Of a stretch of 64,000 bases of DNA, positions 1 through 10,205 are shown piece by piece. This DNA comes from an uncultured bacterium (GTDB lineage Bacteria; Verrucomicrobiota; Verrucomicrobiia; Limisphaerales; UBA8199). Below the pieces are notes generated by a model that saw only the letters and a list, made by a program, of their open reading frames with translations, was not told the DNA's origin and did no database searches. The DNA lies in contig CAVVMW010000012.1 in NCBI GenBank assembly GCA_963749495.1, forward strand, positions 320,001 to 384,000, given 5' to 3'. Position 1 is the stretch's first letter; each line of letters opens with the position of its first letter. A program made the translations under genes and the position numbers.

Positions 1-1
1 C

Positions 2-1093
2 CATGCCCGGCCAGACCAGGCTGCCATCGAGATCACCACCCAGGAGACCATTTTCGCGCCGGAGCAAATCGGCCTTGGCTACATCCGGGTCAAAGGCTTC
101 GTGGTCGAGCAAGCCGCCGGGCCGTTTCCCTGGGAACAGGTCGGCGCGATCTCCACGACGCGGGGCCATCACTGGATTATCGAAGAGAACACTGTGCGCC
201 AGGTGAACGGGGTCGGCATCAACGTGGGGATTCAACTGCACCGATGGCCGCAGCCACCGCTGGCCGGCTTCCACATCGTGCGCCGCAATGCGGTCGCCGA
301 TTGCGGGATCTGCGGCATTTGCGGCCTGGGACCGGGCGGCGGCCGCGAATTCGGCCTCTTGATCGAGGACAATGCGCTCCTGCGCAACGCGTTTCATGAC
401 ACGGAGCGGCTCTTCGAGACGGCCGGCATTAAAACGCACAACAACGTCCGCTGCCTCATTCGCCGCAACCTGATCCTGGATACCCTCCACGGCGCGGGCA
501 TTTGGATGGATTGGGACAACCGCAATTCCCGGTGTTGCCAGAACATCATCGTCAATGCCCAAACGATGCACGGAGGCATCTTCATCGAGGCCTCGTACGT
601 GCCCAACCTGATCGACCAGAACTTCATCTGGGGCACGCAAGGCCACGGGATTTACGAGCACGACTGCAGTCGCCAGGTGTTCGCGCACAATTTCATTGGC
701 CAAAGCAGAGGTTCGGGGTTGCACCTGCACGGCAAAATGACCAGCCGCCAGATCAACGGGCGCACACCCGAATACGGCCTGCACCAGGTTCGGAACAACC
801 TCCTGTATCAGAACACCAGAACGAACGCGTTCCGAGGAGGACCTTCCACGTTGGCCGGCAATTTGTCCGAGGGCATCGTCGCCACGTTTGACCGCTCGAG
901 GCTGGAGCTGACGTTGTCGGCCACCAACCGCCTGCCCGAATGTGAACTTGTGCCGGAGGTCATGTCCGATTTCCTCGGGAGACCGCGCGAAGGCTCAACC
1001 ACGGTCGCCGGTCCGTTCAATCAAATGCCGGCCCAACCTGCCACGATCAAACTCTGGCGGGGAATAATCCTCGATCAAGAAGCTTCGCCCTGA
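2..1093 (+). CDS. Right-handed parallel beta-helix protein (GH120/DUF1565-like), 5' part outside the window
   Basis: Frame of ORF 101..1093 is open back to base 2 (EITTQETIFAPEQIGLGYIRVKG). Motifs QVGAISTTRGHHWIIEEN, ETAGIKTH, GIWMDW and GIFIEAS fit beta-helix repeats. Confidence 0.75.
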   Translation, partial: HARPDQAAIEITTQETIFAPEQIGLGYIRVKGFVVEQAAGPFPWEQVGAISTTRGHHWIIEENTVRQVNGVGINVGIQLHRWPQPPLAGFHIVRRNAVADCGICGICGLGPGGGREFGLLIEDNALLRNAFHDTERLFETAGIKTHNNVRCLIRRNLILDTLHGAGIWMDWDNRNSRCCQNIIVNAQTMHGGIFIEASYVPNLIDQNFIWGTQGHGIYEHDCSRQVFAHNFIGQSRGSGLHLHGKMTSRQINGRTPEYGLHQVRNNLLYQNTRTNAFRGGPSTLAGNLSEGIVATFDRSRLELTLSATNRLPECELVPEVMSDFLGRPREGSTTVAGPFNQMPAQPATIKLWRGIILDQEASP

Positions 1094-1160
1094 AGACACC
1101 GACGGGGCGGAACGAGGCGCACCGGGTGCGATTAAAAGCCTCGGCCATGCGTGCCGGGAG

Positions 1161-1350
1161 TTTTGTCCCGGAGGGATAATCCAGAATAGCCCAACGTTTC
1201 AACGTTGGGATCCAGGCGAAGATGCGCAAAGTCCCGAAGGGACGGATGAAATGCTCCCATGTCTCAGCCGTCCCTTCGGGACTCGGGCTGCCGGCGCATC
1301 CAACCCAACGTTGAAACGTTGGGCTATTGTCGGAAGCCCCTTCGGGGCAA
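1161..1350. repeat. REP-like composite palindrome, family A
   Basis: CCCAACGTTTCAACGTTGGG / GTCCCGAAGGGACG ... CGTCCCTTCGGGAC / CCCAACGTTGAAACGTTGGG. Related copies at 28643 and 46792. Confidence 0.85.
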
Positions 1351-1501
1351 AACGGCGCCGAGGGATTACCGAGGGTTTCCCAGTCGCACCCAGGCGCACC
1401 TCGCCGGGCCCGGCATGCGTGACAATCACGCTGCGGGACTGAGGATGATCAGAACCAGCTTCGACTCAATTCTTGTGAATAAGCCGGCTTTCCTGCTCTG
1501 C

Positions 1502-1692
1502 CTTGCGGCCTAGCGGGCCGCCAGAACCTAGCCCAGGGCTGAGGCCGTCAGGCCGATGCCCTGGGTTTCGCCACAAACCCGGGCTCTGCGCCCTGAAAGG
1601 GCGCCAGAGCCTTCTGGCCCCCTTTCAGGGCGCGTCCGATCTTCCGGGGGCGTGGTCCCAGGGCATCGGCCTTGCGGCCTCAGCCCTGGGCT
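1502..1692. repeat. REP-like composite palindrome, family B
   Basis: GCCCAGGGCTGAGGCC..GGCCGATGCCCTGGG, CGCCCTGAAAGGGCG and their inverted partners. Near-identical reverse complement at 61190-61290. Confidence 0.85.
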
Positions 1693-1729
1693 CACATCTC
1701 AACCTGTGGCTCTTGGCCTGCTCCTTCGC

Positions 1730-4700
1730 CTATCGCCACCCCAGCTTTTGCCGGTTCAGGGCGTCAACCGTCTGCTGGATGTCGCAGACCAGCACCGTTC
1801 CTTCGGCCGTTCCGACGGCCAGTAGCTTTCCATTCGGACTGAATTGCGGCGCATGCCAACAGGTGTAGTCGATGCCCACGGTCAGCCGCCATGCCAAGCC
1901 GTTTGTCCTGAAAAGTGTCAGGCCTCTTTCCAGGCCACCTTGCGTGACCAACAGTCGGCCGTCGGGGCTCAGGGCCACGATGGACCGCAGCCGGACACTA
2001 CGCCAGGACTCAGTGCCCAGCAGTTTGGCCAGCGTCCTGTCCCGGGTGCGCGGAAGAAGCCAGTCGAGCGGTGCAGTCTCTGGGTTCCTTCGCAAAGAGT
2101 CGCTGTCCCTGTTGTTTTGCGTGCCAGGCAAGCGTCGGACTTCGTCCCCCCCAAGCGGATTGAAAACCTTCACCGGGTAGGTTCTCTCCACGGCCCCGGC
2201 CTCGGCGGCCTCAGTTGCTTCGCCCACGACGACCACGAAATTCCCCTGGCGCGAAAGGAGGACGTCCTTAGGGGCCTCGCCCGATGGGAAGAACTTTGCA
2301 AGCGGTGTCATGTAATCGGGCCGGAACAGATCGCGGACCCTGCAAATACCGCCAAGGCCCTCTGCCTCACTTTCCCACTGGAAATGCAGCAACCGGCCCT
2401 CTTGGTCAAAGCACAGTTGCTGGCAAAGCCCCCGCGGCAGCGCCCAGCGTCCCAGTTCTTGTCCGCTGACCACATCCCACAGCACCGCCGCTCTGGAAGT
2501 CGCAAAGGCGAGATGGCCGCCGTCGGGGCTGAACGCCAGGGCGGCATTGTCAGCGTATATCCCCTGGGGTGCCTTGAACAACCGCTCAAGCCGGTTTGAA
2601 GGGAGATTCCAGACAGCCACTTCCCAGTTATGGGCCAAAGCGGCCAACCGCTTGCCATCGCGAGAAAACGCAACGTGGGTGCAGCGCGAGGAGAGGCCGC
2701 GCAAGACGGCAAGTCCGCGGCCGGACTCCAGTTCAAAAACGCCGGCGACCGAAAGATTGGCATAAGAACCATGGACTCTGCTCACCGCCAGCCTCCTTCC
2801 ACCGGGCGAAAAAGCGAGCGCCCTCGCTTCGTCCCAACTTCCAACCTTGAGCAGCAGGCGTCCGGTGGCAACGTCCCAGAACCTCACGTCTCCGCGCCCG
2901 CTGGAGGCAAGCGTCATCCGATCGGGGCTGAACGCGACGGCATATACGTCAAATTCCGAGCCTCGGCAGATTGTCCTCAGCCCGTCTCCGGGGACCTGAT
3001 AAATACGGATGGTTCCACCAGCATCTCCAGTCGCGATGAGCCAAGGAGTCCCGCCGGCTGCATTGGTTGGCTGGCTCACATCCTGCTGAAAGGCCAGGCA
3101 GTGAACCGCGGCGCGATTCGGCGGAAACGAAGCGGTTTCGGCCAGATCGGGCAGTCTGCGCACCACGATACGCCCTTCGCCATCGCCAGTCGCGACGAGC
3201 GCATTGTCCGGCGAAAAGGCCAAAGCAGTGCAGGCTGCGGTTGCTTGTTTCACGAGGTTGCCAGTTGCGGTGTCCCAGACTCCAAGCTGGCCTCGAGTGT
3301 CGTCGGTAGTGCTAACCACGGCCGCAGCACAAAAAGCGCCATCTGCCGACACGGCCGAAACCGGAACCCCCAAGCCCTCTTTGGCGCTCTGTTCAGCGAG
3401 GCGGAACTCACGCAGTTTCTCCCCGCCCTTTGGGTTTAGCAGGCAAAACGCCCCATCGCCCTTAGAAACAAATTGGCGCGGGCTGCCGTCCCGGTCGAAC
3501 CACACTGGGCCGGTGTTGCTAGTGCCAAAAGTGGTGAACTCGCCGGTTTGCCAATCCCAGATTCCAGCTTTTTCGCCCTGATCTGCGTCCCTGAGCAGCC
3601 GCCGGCCAAGGGCATCAAAGGCGATGTGCGTCGCACCGGAATTCGTGTGGGACAGCGATGCGATTACCCTTGCATCCAACCCCGCGAGGGGGGCGGCGGC
3701 TTCCGCGCGTAAATCGTTGTCCACCCGCACCTGGCCGGCGTTGCTCAGGAGGGCCAGCGCGTTGCTCGACCAACCCGCCGATCGCTCCTCCTTCCGGAGC
3801 ATCTCCGCCTTGCCAATCATGGTTTGCCGCTTGACCCAACGCGTTTCAAGCTTCTGCACTGCCCAGGCGCCCGCGCCGGCCAGCAGGGCCAGAACCGCTG
3901 CGGCCAACGCCCATTTCCGCCCTCGCTTCAGCAGGTGCATCTGGCGCACGGACTTGCCGGCCAGCAGCATCACGAGGTCCGCGAGGAGTTCATCCGCCGA
4001 GGCATAGCGGCAGGCCGGGTCCGGCTGGCAGGCTTTGTCACAGACGGTCTGAAGCTCCATGATCTTCGCCCGGTCCGGCCATGAGCCGAAATCTCCGGGC
4101 AGTGCCGGGAAGTCCATCCGGTCGCGGCCAGTGCACATCTCGTAGATCACCTTGCCCAGGCTGTAGAGGTTGCCGCGCGGCCGGCCGGGCCCTTCCGGCG
4201 CCATGAACCCCTGCGCGCCGACATAGCTGAGCGTGGCCTCGGACTCCGTCACCAGCCCGATGTCCGCCAGCTTTGGAACCCCGTTCACGAAAATGATGTT
4301 CGAGGGCTTGATGTCGCGGTGCACCAAGCCGTGGTCGTGGAGGTGCTTCACGGCGTCGGCCAGACCAAGGCTGATCGCCAGGCACTCCGCGAAGGGCAAA
4401 TGTCCGCGGGTCTTGAGCTCCCAATCCAGAGTCCGTGGCACGTAGGTCTCGGGCTCGACGATGGAGGATGAGGGGCGGCGAATCACCGCTGGGGCACTTA
4501 CCGCTGGAACATCCGCCGCGCGCCCTGCTTCATCCAAACTGGAGTGCCCGGGGTCCGCCAGCTCCATGACATAGTAAAAGTACCCTTGTTTGTCGTTCCG
4601 CCCGATATGGAGGATGTCCACCTGGCTTTCATGCGAACGGGAGACGGGCTCGAAGTTGCGGATGCCGGCGAACTCGCGTTCGTAGGGGCGGTCCTCCTCA

Positions 4701-4888
4701 AAAGTGCTGCGGTACACCACCTTCACGGCCCGGTAAGTGCCCATGATGTTCCGGGCCAGCCAAACCTCGCCGTAGCTCCCGCGGCCGATGATGCGCAGCA
4801 TCGCATGGTCGGGCACGATGGGCGGGGGGCCATGCACCGCCCCTCGGTCGGCTCGGCCCGGCGAATCAGCCGCTGGAGAAGCGTTCAT
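1730..4888 (-). CDS. Hanks-type Ser/Thr protein kinase with TM helix and C-terminal WD40 repeats
   Basis: GRGSYGEVW, AVK, HRDIKPSN, DIGL and MAPE motifs; hydrophobic WALAAAVLALLAG; repeated AFSPD...W[DN] WD40 units. Confidence 0.92.
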   Translation of the reverse strand: MNASPAADSPGRADRGAVHGPPPIVPDHAMLRIIGRGSYGEVWLARNIMGTYRAVKVVYRSTFEEDRPYEREFAGIRNFEPVSRSHESQVDILHIGRNDKQGYFYYVMELADPGHSSLDEAGRAADVPAVSAPAVIRRPSSSIVEPETYVPRTLDWELKTRGHLPFAECLAISLGLADAVKHLHDHGLVHRDIKPSNIIFVNGVPKLADIGLVTESEATLSYVGAQGFMAPEGPGRPRGNLYSLGKVIYEMCTGRDRMDFPALPGDFGSWPDRAKIMELQTVCDKACQPDPACRYASADELLADLVMLLAGKSVRQMHLLKRGRKWALAAAVLALLAGAGAWAVQKLETRWVKRQTMIGKAEMLRKEERSAGWSSNALALLSNAGQVRVDNDLRAEAAAPLAGLDARVIASLSHTNSGATHIAFDALGRRLLRDADQGEKAGIWDWQTGEFTTFGTSNTGPVWFDRDGSPRQFVSKGDGAFCLLNPKGGEKLREFRLAEQSAKEGLGVPVSAVSADGAFCAAAVVSTTDDTRGQLGVWDTATGNLVKQATAACTALAFSPDNALVATGDGEGRIVVRRLPDLAETASFPPNRAAVHCLAFQQDVSQPTNAAGGTPWLIATGDAGGTIRIYQVPGDGLRTICRGSEFDVYAVAFSPDRMTLASSGRGDVRFWDVATGRLLLKVGSWDEARALAFSPGGRRLAVSRVHGSYANLSVAGVFELESGRGLAVLRGLSSRCTHVAFSRDGKRLAALAHNWEVAVWNLPSNRLERLFKAPQGIYADNAALAFSPDGGHLAFATSRAAVLWDVVSGQELGRWALPRGLCQQLCFDQEGRLLHFQWESEAEGLGGICRVRDLFRPDYMTPLAKFFPSGEAPKDVLLSRQGNFVVVVGEATEAAEAGAVERTYPVKVFNPLGGDEVRRLPGTQNNRDSDSLRRNPETAPLDWLLPRTRDRTLAKLLGTESWRSVRLRSIVALSPDGRLLVTQGGLERGLTLFRTNGLAWRLTVGIDYTCWHAPQFSPNGKLLAVGTAEGTVLVCDIQQTVDALNRQKLGWR

Positions 4889-5223
4889 GGAGTCAGACTG
4901 AATTGTGGTTCCGTCCCCTCCAAACGCTCCGCGCCTTCTTTTGCCAAGGTCTTGTGGTCAGTGGTCATGTGGTCCTGTGGTCTTGCGGCTTTGCCGCGCT
5001 GTGCCCCTGATTCTGGCTGCGATGCGGCGGAGCATCCGGCGGCGAGCGCTCTCGGGAACGTGTGGCAGGGTGGAACTCCTGGCCGCCAATGTCAGCGGCC
5101 GAGCGCAACCGCGGTCCACTAGCCGCAGCCAAAGGCGGTGAAACAGCCCCCTGAGCCCTCCGCCTCGGTGTCCATCGCGCGCGCCGTCGCAGCCTGGGTC
5201 GTTAACCATACAACTCGTTGTGG

Positions 5224-5853
5224 CTACACATGTTTGGTCCTCAGGTAGGCCACCTGCGCCCGCACGCGCGCCGAGATGCGGTGCTTGGCCAAGTACACCT
5301 TCGCCGCCGTGACGTCCAGGTCCCGCGCCGTCTCGCTGACGCTGTGCCCCTGCCGCACGTGATATTCGAAGATTTGAAATTGCGCCGGGCTGGCCCGGCG
5401 CTTAACGCGGTTTATGGCGGCGTCCAACAAGTTCTGTTCCCACTCCCGTTCCCAGATCTCGTCCAGCACCTGGCTGGCAGGATCGGGAAGCTCGTTCACT
5501 GGCGAGTCCTCTTCGTCGGCGGAGGGGAGCGGCTCGAGCAACCGGCCTTTGCCCTGGCGCGTGCGAAATTGGTTGGCGACCTGGCGTTTGGTGATCCCGT
5601 GGAGCCACGTCTTAAACGCGCACTTCTCCGGTTCGTACTTAAAATCGCGAATCGCCCGCGCCACCGCCGTGACTGTCTCCTGCACAACGTCTTCCGCTTC
5701 GGTCTCCGTCAGGCCGGCCTTGATGGCCGCGCCAAAGATCAGACGGTGATAAATGTCGTAGAAATCCTGCCAGCTCTTCTGGTCGTCCCAGTGCTTGAGC
5801 CGGCTCAGGAGGCTCTTGCGAGTCGGAATCAGTCGGTTCCAATCAACGGGCAT
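5224..5853 (-). CDS. ECF-type RNA polymerase sigma-70 factor (kinase-associated type)
   Basis: TRKSLLSRL, W.DFY..Y, EAEDVVQE, FKTWL, and a region 4 HTH (SVSETARDLDV...VYLAKHR). Lies upstream of the kinase on the same strand. Confidence 0.92.
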   Translation of the reverse strand: MPVDWNRLIPTRKSLLSRLKHWDDQKSWQDFYDIYHRLIFGAAIKAGLTETEAEDVVQETVTAVARAIRDFKYEPEKCAFKTWLHGITKRQVANQFRTRQGKGRLLEPLPSADEEDSPVNELPDPASQVLDEIWEREWEQNLLDAAINRVKRRASPAQFQIFEYHVRQGHSVSETARDLDVTAAKVYLAKHRISARVRAQVAYLRTKHV

Positions 5854-5985
5854 GCGTGATACTTTCTACCCCGTTAATCGCGCCGGGCAAGCCGATTCTT
5901 TCAAATAAACCGAAAGATCCAGCCCCCCTCCTGCGATTAACCGTTAGGCACGCCGTAATGGCCGCTCGGGAAAATCTCCTCTGCG

Positions 5986-6231
5986 ATGAGTCCGCGTATT
6001 TGCAGATGCTGTGGGGAGGACATGCCCCCCCAGGGGAATGTTGGTTCTCGGAACCCGAACGTTTGCGCCTCCTGCTCCAGCCTGCTCGATGGAATGGCTG
6101 AGCCCCAGAGGGACTCCGGCGTCTGCTTCAAGCGGAACCGGGTTTCGCGGCGGGAAGGCGAGAACGAAACAGCCGCGGCTTGTGCTCTTGGCGGAGCTGA
6201 GTCCGTTCAAGCTATTGCAGGAATCATATGA
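5986..6231 (+). CDS. Small CxxC-CxxC zinc-ribbon-like protein
   Basis: MSPRICRCCGE...RNPNVCASCSS. Its stop overlaps the next ATG (ATGA at 6228). Confidence 0.5.
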   Translation: MSPRICRCCGEDMPPQGNVGSRNPNVCASCSSLLDGMAEPQRDSGVCFKRNRVSRREGENETAAACALGGAESVQAIAGII

Positions 6232-9200
6232 AAAATATATTAACGAAATGTTTTGAAGCCATGGCAATCAGTCGGCTGAGCACATGGTATAGCCGTAGGC
6301 CAGAGCTACGAGTCGGGGGGCCCCTGGCGATGATCGTCCTTTCGGCTCTGTTCTGTGGTGTTCACATCAGTTCCGTGCAGGCTTCGCCATCAGTCCTCTG
6401 GGCCGGCACATGTGGCTCTTCGAATATCGTCCGGGTGGTGTTCGATGAGGCGGTGTCGAGCGATGCGTCGAATCCTGCTAATTACACGCTCGACCAAGGC
6501 CGCTGCATCGCCAGCGCCGCCCAGACAAGTGACGCGTTGACCGTGCTGCTCCTCGTCAGCCCCGCCCTCCAAGCTGGCGTTGATTACTTGCTCACGATTC
6601 AAAATATTCGGGACCTCGCCACGCCCCCAAATGTATTGAGCAATGAATCGGTTGCGTGCCACTCTCATTATTATCCGGGGGTTACTTGGGACGCTTACAT
6701 CACCACCTCCGGTGCCTTGCCGAACTTCAATTCCCTAACCCCAGTGGGCAGCGGCTTAGCCAAGGCCTTCACCCTGGGGATGGAGACATGGGATAAATGG
6801 TTCGCTGTGCGTTTCCGTGCTTACCTGGATGTCACGTCACCCGGTACATACACCTTCTATACCTCATCGGACGATGGATCAATGGTCTGGATCGGCAACG
6901 CCCCGGTCGTCAATAACGCTGGCGCGCACGCGATGCGAGAGGCCAGCGGGACGACCAATCTTGCCTCCGGCCTCTATCCCGTCACAGTCGGTTTCTTTCA
7001 AGGCGTCCTCGCCTACGGGCTCACGGTTAGCTGGGAAGGGCCAGGAATTAGCAAGCAGCCCATTCCGCCCGAGGTCCTTTACAACACTCAAGCCCCGTAC
7101 AACATTCCGTTGCCCACTGCTCCCAGCAGCGTCGTTGTGAACGCCTTGGCCGCGACGCAAGCGCGTCTCGGATGGACGGAGAGCGCTACCAGCCCGCAGG
7201 GGTACCTAATCGAGCGTTCTCGGAACCTCAATGCCTGGGCTGCGATTGCAGTTGTCCCAGCCAGTGCCACCAATTACGACGACACCGGTCTTGAACCTGC
7301 CACGCTTTATTACTACCGGATTTCGGCGCTTAACGAGGCTGGCTGCGTCCCGAGCGCTGCTTCGTTTGCGGCCACGCCGAGCGTGCTGTCGAAGGCACCG
7401 CCCGTTATTTTGGCCCAACCACAGAGCCAGCGAGTAAATGAAGGGAGCTTTGTCATCTTCCAAGTCGGGGCATCGGCCACGCCCCCCCTAACGTACCAAT
7501 GGAGCAAGGATGGCACGAGCATTGCCAATGCGACAAACGATATTTATATCATTGCCGCAGTGGCTCCCGGTGACGAGGGCGCATATTCAGTTACGGTTGC
7601 GAGCGCCGAGACCAACATCGCGAGCGATTCAGCGCTGTTGCGAGTGAATCGAGTGGTGCAGGGAACTACGCTGGTCTGGGATGCAGATCTTTCCACGGTT
7701 GGCGCGCAAGATGGCAACGGAACGTGGCTGAACGGTGGCAATGGCTGGTATGCGTCTTCCGGAGACACAGGCTGGTTCGACAATAACGTCGCGGCGTTCG
7801 GCATCAGCGCTACCACTAATTGCACCGTGGCGCTTGCCAATAGGGTGGCCCCGAGCGGAATCGTGTTTAATGCCACCGGGGGTGGGAGTTACACCATCGC
7901 GGGGACGGGTGTCATCGACACGGCCAATACTCCCTCGATTACGGCCGACGCAGACGGAGTGATCAGCGCTGTACTGAGTGGCTCGAACGGCTTCGTCAAA
8001 CTTGGCAACGGCACCCTCACCCTTTCAAACGCAAATACATACGATGGGGTCGCACTCGTTTTGGCAGGCACGCTGAGACTTGGAAGCGCTACGGCGCTGG
8101 GGACTGTCGCCGCAGGAACCACAATAGCTCCAGGAGCGACTCTCGATGTCAATGGCCAAGATCTTAGTAGGGTTAATGAGATCGTTAGCGTCAGCGGCGT
8201 CGGTTCAGGCGGCAACGGTGCGGTGATTAATAGCAGATCTAGCGAGGGTTGGCTAAACAGTCTCACCTTGACGGGCGACACGACCATCAGCACGGCCAAC
8301 CCTCTCTCGATCGGCTCAACGATCGGCCAGAACGGCACGTTGAAACTAGGCGGCTTCACCCTGACCAAATCTGGACTAGGACAGTGTGTTCTCAACGGCA
8401 TCAAAATGACCGGAACGGGCAACATCAGCGTTAATCAGGGCACGCTTAGGCTGACGGCTGGCTACCATGGCCCGGAGGAGAATACGTCTTTGAGTGGTAA
8501 TGGAAGCCTGACCGTGAACCAGGGGGCTACGCTGGCGATGAATCCTTGGGATTCTTCGTTGGCGTTGACCATGCCGATTATATTAAACGGCGGCGCCTTG
8601 CTGTGTGATTGGCCTACCGAGGCGCTTTCAATCGCGAGCCCGATCACGCTGACTGCAGCCAGCTTCTTCAACCTCAACGACACCGCCAACTATAACGTGA
8701 GCTTCACCGGGGTGATCTCCGGCACCTCCGGGTTCACCAAGCAAGGCGGGAACCTCATGCGCCTGTATGCCACAAACACGTACACCGGCCCCACGATCGT
8801 CAGCGGTGGCACACTGCTTGTGAACGGTTGGCTGAGCACAAACAAGGTCAGCGTAGAGAACGGTGCCACGCTTGGCGGCGCTGGCGTCATCTCTGGCCCT
8901 GTCGTAGTGCAAGCCGGTGGCATGCTCGCACCGGGGACCAACGGGAACGGCGGCCTCACACTCAGGAACACGGTGAACTTGGCGGGCACCGTTCTGGTGA
9001 ACGTCAGCAAGACCGCCACGAATCTAACTAATGGGCGTATCATCGGAGTCAGCACGCTCAGTTACGGGGGAGCCTTGGTTGTGACCAGGTACCTGGGACC
9101 CTGCCCTTCGCCTCCGGTGACAAGCTGACGCTGTTCACGGCGACACACTATACGGGGTCGTTTGTTCGCTTCAGTCTCCCCCCACTCGGGGCCACGTTGG

Positions 9201-9475
9201 CCTGGGACACCACGAAATTGGGAGCGGATGGGTCGATCTCGGTGGTGACGGTCACTGCTCCTCAAATCAGCGGCTTTTCCCGGGTTGGGGAAACCGTGTT
9301 CTCGTTCACCCTGTCCAACTCTGTCCCAATCAGCTACACAGTTCTCGCCTCTACGAACCTGGCAACCTGGGAGATCGTTCCTTCGGGCTTACAGTTCCTG
9401 AACGGCACCTATTACATCGCAGATCCCGGCGCAAGGAGCAGTCAGCGCCGCTTCTACCGCCTCCAATTCCCTTGA
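6228..9475 (+). CDS. Secreted multidomain protein (Ig-like, PA14, FN3, Ig, autotransporter-associated beta-strand repeats, C-terminal FYR-motif domain); one frameshift near 9100
   Basis: PA14 FYTSSDDGS; FN3 LEPATLYYYRI; Ig PPLTYQWSKDG; K.G.GTLTLS.ANTY.G repeats. Continues in another frame (LPFASGDKLTLF...RRFYRLQFP) to the stop at 9475. Confidence 0.85.
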
Positions 9476-9756
9476 AGTGCTCCTTGATCAACCACGGCCG
9501 GAGAAATTGAAAGGCGCATTACCGACACTCACACGTTTAGGTCAACCGCGACCTGAAATTGTATTCGGCACTGCTTCGCTGGGTTGGAATCCAGACCAAG
9601 TCCTGCGTGCCGCCGCAGGCCTTCCACGGAAGCGTGTCTGCCGTGATAGGGGATAGGGGTCACGCATAGCTTGGTTTTTGTTCAGGACGTTCAGGAGGGG
9701 TGCGCGACAAAAAAGTAACCAAAATTTGAGCAGGCCCGCCTGCTGATTGATTTTTG

Positions 9757-9786
9757 TTGCTATATTGTATCTAGTTAGATACAATA
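9757..9786 (+). promoter_or_regulatory. Sigma70-like promoter overlapped by a perfect inverted repeat (putative operator)
   Basis: TTGCTA-17 bp-TACAAT, ending 7 nt before ATG 9793. TATTGTATCTA-GT-TAGATACAATA at 9763-9786. Confidence 0.65.
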
Positions 9787-9792
9787 CGCACC

Positions 9793-10179
9793 ATGACCGC
9801 TTCGCTTTCTCAGCTCGAAGACCGGCGCGAGCAGATCCTTGAACAGATCAAGGCTATCAACCGGTTGCGCCGCGGCTCCTTAAGCCGCCAATTCTTCAAG
9901 AAACCCCGCGCTGGCTCCAAAGCCCCCCAGGGCCCTTACTACGTGCTCCAAGCCTACTTCCATGGGCAGAAGTTCGCCGAGCGCATCCCGGCCGATCAGG
10001 CCCCCCAAATCGAACCCCTCGTCGCCAATTACAGACGCTTTAGCGAACTGGCCGAGGAGTTTGTCACCGTCACCGACCAAATCACCCGCCTGAGTCAAGC
10101 CGCCCCCGACGCAAAAAAAAACTCCAGACCGAAGTCGGGCAGGAGCGATTCCGGGAAGCCAACGCCTTCATCCGGTTAG
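9793..10179 (+). CDS. DUF6788-like IS accessory protein
   Basis: N-terminal helix, LRRGSLS, GPYYVLQ beta region, C-terminal helix NYRRFSELAEEFV, followed by an A9 run. Confidence 0.7.
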   Translation: MTASLSQLEDRREQILEQIKAINRLRRGSLSRQFFKKPRAGSKAPQGPYYVLQAYFHGQKFAERIPADQAPQIEPLVANYRRFSELAEEFVTVTDQITRLSQAAPDAKKNSRPKSGRSDSGKPTPSSG

Positions 10180-10205
10180 TCCAAGGGCAGTGGCAACAGC
10201 AGGGA

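Noticed and set aside
4958..5209. Anti-sigma factor between the ECF sigma and the kinase
   Set aside because: No ZAS motif or TM helix; low-complexity sequence running into TGTGGTC-type repeats.
9560..9670. Possible structured RNA or riboswitch before the ISKra4 element
   Set aside because: Small hairpins only; I could not match any known family consensus.
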